Origin: Octopus bimaculoides
Taxonomy: Eukaryota
DNA: 64,000 bases
Assembly (NCBI RefSeq): GCF_001194135.2
Contig: NC_068998.1
Location: 2,376,488-2,440,487 of the forward strand
Reading direction: 5' to 3'
The notes under the pieces are model-generated. The model saw nothing but the letters and a program-made list of their open reading frames with translations. It was not told the origin of the DNA and ran no database searches. Made by a program: the position numbers and the translations under genes. Shown here one piece after another: positions 56,539 through 64,000 of this stretch. Position 1 is the first letter of the stretch, and each line of letters opens with the position of its first letter.

Positions 56539-57066
56539 TAGACTACAAGTTGCTAGAACTTCTTTAAAAAAAAAGCAAACAAACAAAAAAAGCAACTGTG
56601 ATTATTTAAAGAAGAAATTTAATATTCTTAAAAAAAAAAAACCCTACCATTTTGTAAATATGAGTGTATATATTGTTGGACTAATGTTTGGGCTGAATGA
56701 ATATTTGTGGTATGACTTGGTGTGGTGTATAAATAACTTTTCTATGTTGGTTAAAATTTTTATAACAAATGGCATCCTTGAGAAATATGTAAATAAGTCT
56801 TCGACGTTTATAGAAAATTTATTCTCATTAATTGTTAGGGATGGAAACAATATTAGGAATAGAAGCAGTCTTAATTAATACCAAATGGTAATCGTTGGAT
56901 CCAAATTAACATGGAAATCTTGTTAGAACATCAAACACTGTCATTAACCATGAGAGATCCTCTCATGGAGGCAGTTTTTATTGAATGGTGATACTTAGAA
57001 GTTTGTATTTGTTGCTTTGCCATGAACGTGTAGTGTTTGAGAGAACTGAGCTACAGAAACACTTTA

Positions 57067-57288
57067 CCCTTTCGTTACCATCCCAGCTGAAACCACCTCT
57101 GGCTCTGCACTACAAATGTCTTGTTTTCATAAGCTTTAAATTAAAATCTTCCACCAAACCTTAGTCGCAATTTATGATTCTAACACTAGCTGAATGATAA
57201 CCAAGTTATTTTACTAAATTCTTTGTTATATTTAAAATTAATTGAAAGAAGCACAGAGCATCTCAACAGAAATATGGTAACGAAAGGG
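57067..57288. mobile_element. piggyBac-type MITE, 222 bp
   Basis: Perfect 14-bp TIR CCCTTTCGTTACCA / TGGTAACGAAAGGG, flanked by TTTA (left) and TTAA (right); degenerate relative at about 22620-22803. Confidence 0.8.
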
Positions 57289-57544
57289 TTAAACAGATCT
57301 CCAGAGAACCTTTGTCCCGTCCACTCTGTATACAAAGAAGTTCCATCTTAGCCTCCGTGTGTTGATATATTCTCTTGTAGTCATATATTGAGCAGATTTA
57401 GTTGTCCCCAGAAAGTGGGGTGGAGTAACAAATGTCCAAACACCACACTAAAGGCTTTACAATATTCAGTTTCAAACCTCTAGCTTCTAGTTTCAACTCT
57501 TCCTTTTTTTCCTTCCTAAGCTAATAAAAGACGTACTTTGATCC

Positions 57545-57670
57545 TGTACCAGTTATATCCTAGGATCAGCTATATTCTTTACATATGAAGTATGTACCAG
57601 TTATATCCCAGGATCAGCTAGCTTCTACTCTACATATGAAATATGTACCAGTTATGTCCCAGGACCAACT
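57545..57670. repeat. Tandem repeat, ~48-51 bp x 2.5
   Basis: tgtaccagttatatcc(t/c)aggatcagcta at 57545, 57593 and 57644. Confidence 0.8.
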
Positions 57671-60600
57671 AAAGTGTTCTCATTAAAATAATGTGAGGGA
57701 ATAATTATTAAATGCAGGGAGGTCATGGTGGAGGTTCCCGATTACAGATCTTTCATAGAATTTTCATTTTTCATTGATCTCAGTTTCAAAACTTTGACAA
57801 AGATGTCTGCCTTCTATTATTGCAGATCTAAGGTGGGGGGGGGGGGTTAATAAGAGTACCCATAATATGCGTGGGTAGATTGTGTTCATAAAGTTTCTTG
57901 ATACAACTACATCTGGTCACTTGACTTGGTTAAATTCTGTTCTCATTTTGTCCCCACTTCCTCCCTGTTTGTCTGGGTAAAATCTTTATTTTTTTTTTTT
58001 TTATTTGAATGTCTTCTTCTTGCAAAGGTAAATTGATTTCTAACACCTGGCTACCCTTCCTCTCACCTGTAGCTTCCAACTATAAAGTAAAGGTTTGAAT
58101 CTGTTTAGAAGTCTGACAAACTAAGGTGAGGAGAGTGGAGTTACCTGTTTATGTCAGTTCATAAACCAATAGCTATAGTAGTAGTATCAGCAGCAGCAGT
58201 TGTCAGTGACTTGGGATCATAGGGTGAGTAGGTTCCCAGATGGTTGATCTAGGAATTATCTAAATGAGGGGAATATTCCACATTTTCCTCTCTCAATAAT
58301 GATTCCCTCTGATTTGGTGATTCATTGTTAGAAATCTTTAGACTTTTATCTGCAGTAGTTTACAAGACTTGAGTTTATTGTTTGTGTCACTAGACTACAT
58401 GACGTGTGGCCGGCTTTTTCTGCACTTAACATTTAACCGAGTTTCTTTCCCCAGAAATGGTCAGTTGTCCAAGAACTTTACTCCAACTTTGCAGACAGTG
58501 TGTGTTCATTATTCATAATCAAAATAAATCCTTGTTTTGCAATGATCTCCAAAAACGCCAACATTCCTTTATAATAATTCTACATTATATTTCCTCACTT
58601 ATGTGGTTTTGTTATGTTTGGACAAATAATATTTTGTTGTAATTAGTTTAATTAGTAAAGGGTGGAAGTGGGAGGGGAATTGACTCGGTTAAGCTTCTGA
58701 TTAAATGCCTTGCCTTATTTAGTTTACTTTCCTTTGTTTTGAAGTTTAAAACCTGCCAAGGTAGACTTTTCCTATCATCCTTCTGATGGTGATAAAATAC
58801 CAGTCAAATACTGAGATGTAAATCTTTTTTTCTTTTTTGTGAGCGTGTGCCTAGAAAGAGGAAGAAGGGGGTGGGGGGTGTCTGTGGCTGTCTTCAGGCT
58901 CTCCAAGGCAAGTAGGATGGGGTTATCTCCAGACTGAAGGTTCGATCCTGGTGCTTGCAAGATAGTGTTCTCTGCTGAAGGTGCCAAAGGGCCAGCTCAT
59001 GGTGATGTTGACTTAAATCAACACCACCACCACCAGAACAGGTACAATCTCCCTGGTTGGCTTCCACACAGTTTCCTTCTACCAAATTTCACTCACACAG
59101 TTTTGGTTAACCTGGGGCTCTGGTAGAAGACACTTTGTCTAATGGCCATGCAGTAGGATTGAATCCACAACCATGTGGTTGGGAAGTATCTTCTGTCCTC
59201 AATGTAATTACAGTGTGTGGAAGTTGGACTCTTTTACTCGTTGAAAGTTAATTAGTTCTAATAAATGTGAACCGTGTTTGTTTTAGTCTTTGGGTGGATA
59301 CAACTTATGACTGTGAATGGCAAGGCCACAGACTGTAGGGCATGGGAATGGTCAGGTTATAAGACTGAATGGCATGGCTACAAACCGTGAATGGTAATGC
59401 CTCAGATGGTAAATGGTAATGCTTCACAACCCAATGGCTTCGAGTTCAGTCCTAGTGGATTTTCTATTAAAACTTTCATGTTTCTTGTGGATGGAATCAG
59501 GATGTTAGTCTGTTGAGAAGCTAGTCCTGAGGTGTGTGTAGGGGGTGTTTATATGTTGTGGCCCTTCAAGCCTCATGATCTAGCAGTGAAATAGGTTTTG
59601 GTGTTGAAGAGTGTGCCCCAGCATGGCCACAGTCCATTGACTAAAACCAGTAAAAAAGGATATAAATTACTATATTCCTCTTAAAATTAGTGAATTTCTT
59701 AAAAATCCTGTAGGACAGTAAGGTGGTGGGGAGGGAGTGATAGTCTTGTGGTATTTGTTCTTTTTTTTTTTTTCCAAAGTTCAAATCCTGCCAAAATTAA
59801 AGGTTTTTCAATCCTTCAGGGAACAATAAAATTCATACCAGTTATGCATTGAGGGTTAGGGAAACATTTTGATTTGTTTATTTACAGCCTATCTTTGCAA
59901 CTTGATGGCCTTGTACACTAGGTAGACGTTGCCATTTCCTTTGTTGATATTGGAAATCCACTTATTTAGGTCGGTGAGCTCCTGGTGAATTGTTTGACAT
60001 GATTTCTTATCCCTGTTTTCTGTTCTTCTGCTTCACAAATTAGATCATCTACTGCACAGATGTTGTTAATTAACCTTTTTTTTTTTAATACATCAATTAT
60101 TAAAATTGTAATATAGTGGTGACATTTTTTTTTACACTCCATAAATCTTTGGTTATCTTCTGTTGTCAACCTCTTCCCTTTTTCTCTTTGGTTTTTGATT
60201 CTTGAAGTTAAGATTGAACTGATAAACTTGTTTGTTGAAATAATATTCAAATAACGCTTACAAATATAGGACAATTTTGTTAGCAATCTGAATATCTTTA
60301 CAGTATTTATAATTCATTTGGTTTGCAAAATTTTTTATGTGAACTTGCGTGCTAAAGCATCTTGGGAGGTTCATGCCAATAGCAAACACACACTGGTTAC
60401 ATTTCAGTTCATTATTATTTGTTTGTCAATTGGTTAACTATTTAGCCAATTAACTGATAAAATAGTTAGTTGGTCAAATGATTAACCAATTGACTCATAA
60501 ATATTGAAGAAGTGAAATAGAACCAGTGTGTTTATTATTAGCATAATGACCTTCCTAAGATTCAACAAAATATGTAATTAAATTTCTTTAGAAATATTTA

Positions 60601-61700
60601 ATACCCTTGGTAAGGGCATCAATATCACTAAATCTCAATCTTCCCCATATTTTGTATTTGTTTACTAACAGATGGTATTTGTTCCTGAAAATTAACAAAC
60701 TACTTCAATAAAGAGGTATTCCAATCCAAAACAAGGCAGATTTGTGTATTTTTGTGTGTGCATGGGCCTCCAACCATTTTTTAGCCAGGGGAGTTAAAAG
60801 AAAGACAGACATTAATTTCATTTGTAATAATTTCATGAAAAATTATCCAAAACGAATGAAATTTTGGAGTAATGATTGTTTGCCAACATAACCTGGCAGC
60901 CTGGTTTAGGACGAATGTTGCTGTAATTTAGCCCCAGGAGACATTGTCTCCAGCTGACTATACAACACAATCTGTGTCCTTATATTTTTGAACAAGGGAA
61001 TCTAGCACCCCCACTCAGCTCAAAACAATATCACGATTTCCAGGTTATTTCCCTTCATCTGGAAATTGTGATACACAGATATTGTTTTGAGAAACCCAGC
61101 GTGGCAGCGATGCCACAATTAAGTCTTTTGTCAACGAAAACAGATGTTCAGTCGAAGGACAGGATGAGATGTGTGAGGNNNNNNNNNNNNNNNNNNNNNN
61201 NNNNNNNNNNNNNNNNNNNNNNNNNNNNNNNNNNNNNNNNNNNNNNNNNNNNNNNNNNNNNNNNNNNNNNNNNNNNNNNNNNNNNNNNNNNNNNNNNNNN
61301 NNNNNNNNNNNNNNNNNNNNNNNNNNNNNNNNNNNNNNNNNNNNNNNNNNNNNNNNNNNNNNNNNNNNNNNNNNNNNNNNNNNNNNNNNNNNNNNNNNNN
61401 NNNNNNNNNNNNNNNNNNNNNNNNNNNNNNNNNNNNNNNNNNNNNNNNNNNNNNNNNNNNNNNNNNNNNNNNNNNNNNNNNNNNNNNNNNNNNNNNNNNN
61501 NNNNNNNNNNNNNNNNNNNNNNNNNNNNNNNNNNNNNNNNNNNNNNNNNNNNNNNNNNNNNNNNNNNNNNNNNNNNNNNNNNNNNNNNNNNNNNNNNNNN
61601 NNNNNNNNNNNNNNNNNNNNNNNNNNNNNNNNNNNNNNNNNNNNNNNNNNNNNNNNNNNNNNNNNNNNNNNNNNNNNNNNNNNNNNNNNNNNNNNNNNNN

Positions 61701-62090
61701 AACCAACTGTTTCAGGACCCTGCTCTGGTCATAGGGACAGTTCTTTATAATGTGGCCCAGTTCCAGGCACAGGTGACCCAACCCAATCAGCCACTGGCAA
61801 CATTTTTACATTAAGCAGCTTGGATCTGCTGCCATCCAGACCCCGACGGATAATGTCTTCTATCCACTCAGGTTCCATCCTAGGTGGCAACCCGCAGACC
61901 CAAGCTCTTGTCAACTTCTTCCCACGATACGTGGGAAGAAACAAAATCTCTTTGCCCTCTAAGGGCTGGCTTGCAAATTTGCGAGCCTCCTTAGGGGTGT
62001 CAAATAGCAACCACACCGTTGCATACTTGACCCCACTGGAAATAAATTTTATGGTTACTCAATCCTGGTGTTTATACTATATGGTCCTTG
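61701..62090 (-). mobile_element. Degenerate L1/Tx1-like ORF1 (gag-like) fragment
   Basis: VWLLFDTPKEARKFA..TRAWVCGLPPRMEPEWI (RRM-like) and, after a frameshift, xHLCLELGHIIKNCP (CCHC knuckle lacking its first Cys); clade assignment is an inference. Confidence 0.55.
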
Positions 62091-62093
62091 AAC

Positions 62094-62288
62094 CCTATCT
62101 GAAAGTTTTGGTTTTCTTCCAGAATTTTGTTTCAACGAGGAGGTTCTTCCCTCTTTCTCAAAGGCTGTCATTACTTTTGAGACAGTACTTCTTGATACAC
62201 CAAACATTTCAGCTGTTTACGTTACGCTAGTGCCTGCCGTACGAGCACCAACGATTTGACCTCTTTGAAAGTCTGGTAGATCTGTCAT
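62094..62288 (-). pseudogene. Tc1-family transposase N-terminal HTH fragment with premature stop
   Basis: MTDLPDFQRGQIVGARTAGTSVT*TAEMFGVSRSTVSKVMTAFEKEGRTSSLKQNSGRKPKLSDR, a classic Tc1 paired-like HTH plus GRKxKL motif; not listed in the ORF track. Confidence 0.85.
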
Positions 62289-62935
62289 TTTTAATGAATT
62301 TTAATTACCTTTTTCTGGTAATATCTGAAAAGAAACAGCAAATTTAGCAAAACATATTAAGCAATACTAATGATAAATAAATAAAAAAATGCAAAAATAA
62401 ACACGCTTTTGACGGTTTTATAGATATTTCAGAATTATGATGCGTAGCATCTCTTGTGTGCACCTTACCTCATGTGTGCAGCATACATCAACGTCTCCTT
62501 TCAAGCATCTCTACAATCTCACTAGACCTACCTTTCAGTGTGCCTACATTGACTGTGCCAATTCTGGAAACTGAGAAAGGAATGTGGGGTGAGGCTTGGG
62601 GAGGAGAGATGTTATTCAGTGCCTGAAAAGAAGAGGGAGGTTGTATTCATTTTTTAGGCATGCTTCATCTGTTCTCACTTCCGACCTGTCTATAGAAATC
62701 CTTTAACAGCATTGTAATGGTTAAAATTTACTCAGGTTAAGAGGGTAAGACAAGGTAGACAAACACTAAAAGTAATTTCACAGCATAGACATGATACTGC
62801 GGTAGATCACATGCTAAAGTAGCATCGATTATCGTCATTGATAAATGATTAGAGACAGTTTTAAATACCCGGTGCAGCCTTCGATTTCCAAAAATGTTTT
62901 AAAAAATGACTTGCCTATAATTTTTTTTTTTTTTC

Positions 62936-63215
62936 TTTCGAACATCAGTGTTGTAATATTTAGCTATGAAAACAAGTTGCTTGCAGGTAAAGAACTTTGT
63001 TGGGTTTAGTTTTGACAGCAAATTATTCCAAACATGTGGACTAATCACATTAGAAACGGTGCATATTTCTTTAGTTCTCATGCATTTCATGTCTTTGGTA
63101 GCTTTTGAATCAGGACATACATTAGATAATGAAACTAGGCTGAAACACTAATGGCATGGGTGTACTCAGCCATGACTCTACTTGATTTTAGCTCAGCTGA
63201 TGCTTTTTTTGTTGT
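62936..63215 (-). pseudogene. hAT-superfamily transposase relic (DUF4371-like region)
   Basis: ASAELKSSRVMAEY..(stop, frameshift)..CPDSKATKDMKCMRTKEICTVSNVISPH..LLSKLNPTKF..KQLVFIAKYY resembles AELxLAAFxAEH..PDSxIAKxxxCxRTK..KQLxxxxRY of hAT transposases; the DESTD segment is deleted. Recognised by recall. Confidence 0.6.
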
Positions 63216-64000
63216 GTCAAACATTGACCAACTTTAACAAACTAGGTTGCTTTAGCCGATTTTCAACTATGACAAAAGTTTCCTTTCATAGGAAGTAGAT
63301 TTCAATTTATTTTTCTGGGAATTGTCATTTTGTCCCTATTTGAGTAATGTTCTTTCCCATGCTTTTATGCAAAAATAAATGTTCAGGTATAGAACAATGG
63401 CACTACTGTGACTCACAGCTCCTTGCATTGAACAAAAACGGTAATGAAATAACAATTCTTCAGTGCAGTATTGAAGATGACTCGCATGCATCATGGCAGG
63501 ACTGCTTCGTTTTCTCTTTCATTGTATGATAAGAATCATGCCTGTAGTCTGCTGACATTCTTTATAGCTTAGCTTGATGTGCTTTTTACATACAAGCTGA
63601 AAGGGAGGAAATTTTCTCCCAGACAAAATCTGGCAGCAAATGCCTTTCACATTCTTGTGTACAAGAACATGTTAAAAAGCAATGTACACATCATTATTTT
63701 AATCCTCGTTGCTTTGTGTGCTCATACTAAATTAATTTCATGTAGACAAGTCTCTGCACATGTTAAGAAATGTGGTATTTGCTATTTTCTATACAGGAAC
63801 ATAAATTCCGGCCTGGTTTCATGTAGCAAAGAAGCTCAAAACATACCCAGATAGTCTGCTTTGTAGTCATCTGATGTTATGTGGAACTCAGTTTGATGTG
63901 TTCTTTATACACAGTCTACAGGGAGAAATATTTCTCCAAGACAAAATCCATCAGCAAATGCATTTCCATGTTCCTGTGTACAAGAGCATAACTGTAGACA

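Overview
Eukaryotic (metazoan) genomic DNA from a gappy draft assembly: AT-rich, dense in microsatellites, with many N-gaps. The repeat families resemble those of octopus (coleoid cephalopod); the taxon is an inference. Two intron-containing genes lie in tandem on the + strand. (1) A RalGDS/RGL-family Ral guanine-nucleotide exchange factor (REM, CDC25 and RA domains) has 14 visible coding exons from 4149 to the stop at 35798. Its start codon was not identified, and one exon is missing, probably inside the 19296-20018 gap. (2) A complete 6-exon ADP-dependent glucokinase (ADPGK, 44827-56538, 506 aa). Introns and flanks carry tRNA-derived SINEs, RTE-clade LINE fragments, hAT- and piggyBac-type MITEs, and Tc1, hAT and L1/Tx1-like coding relics at 61.7-63.2 kb. 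Most ORF-track entries are artefacts of microsatellites or N-gaps. I found no clearly novel protein-coding system. The most notable signals are: decayed minimal (dimer-type, Penelope-style) hammerhead ribozyme motifs, both mutated at the same CpG; a SINE head carrying three different tails; a 62-bp double-hairpin array with an A>G cluster; several inverted-repeat pairs that could be ADAR substrates; and a near-perfect 60-bp fold-back palindrome.
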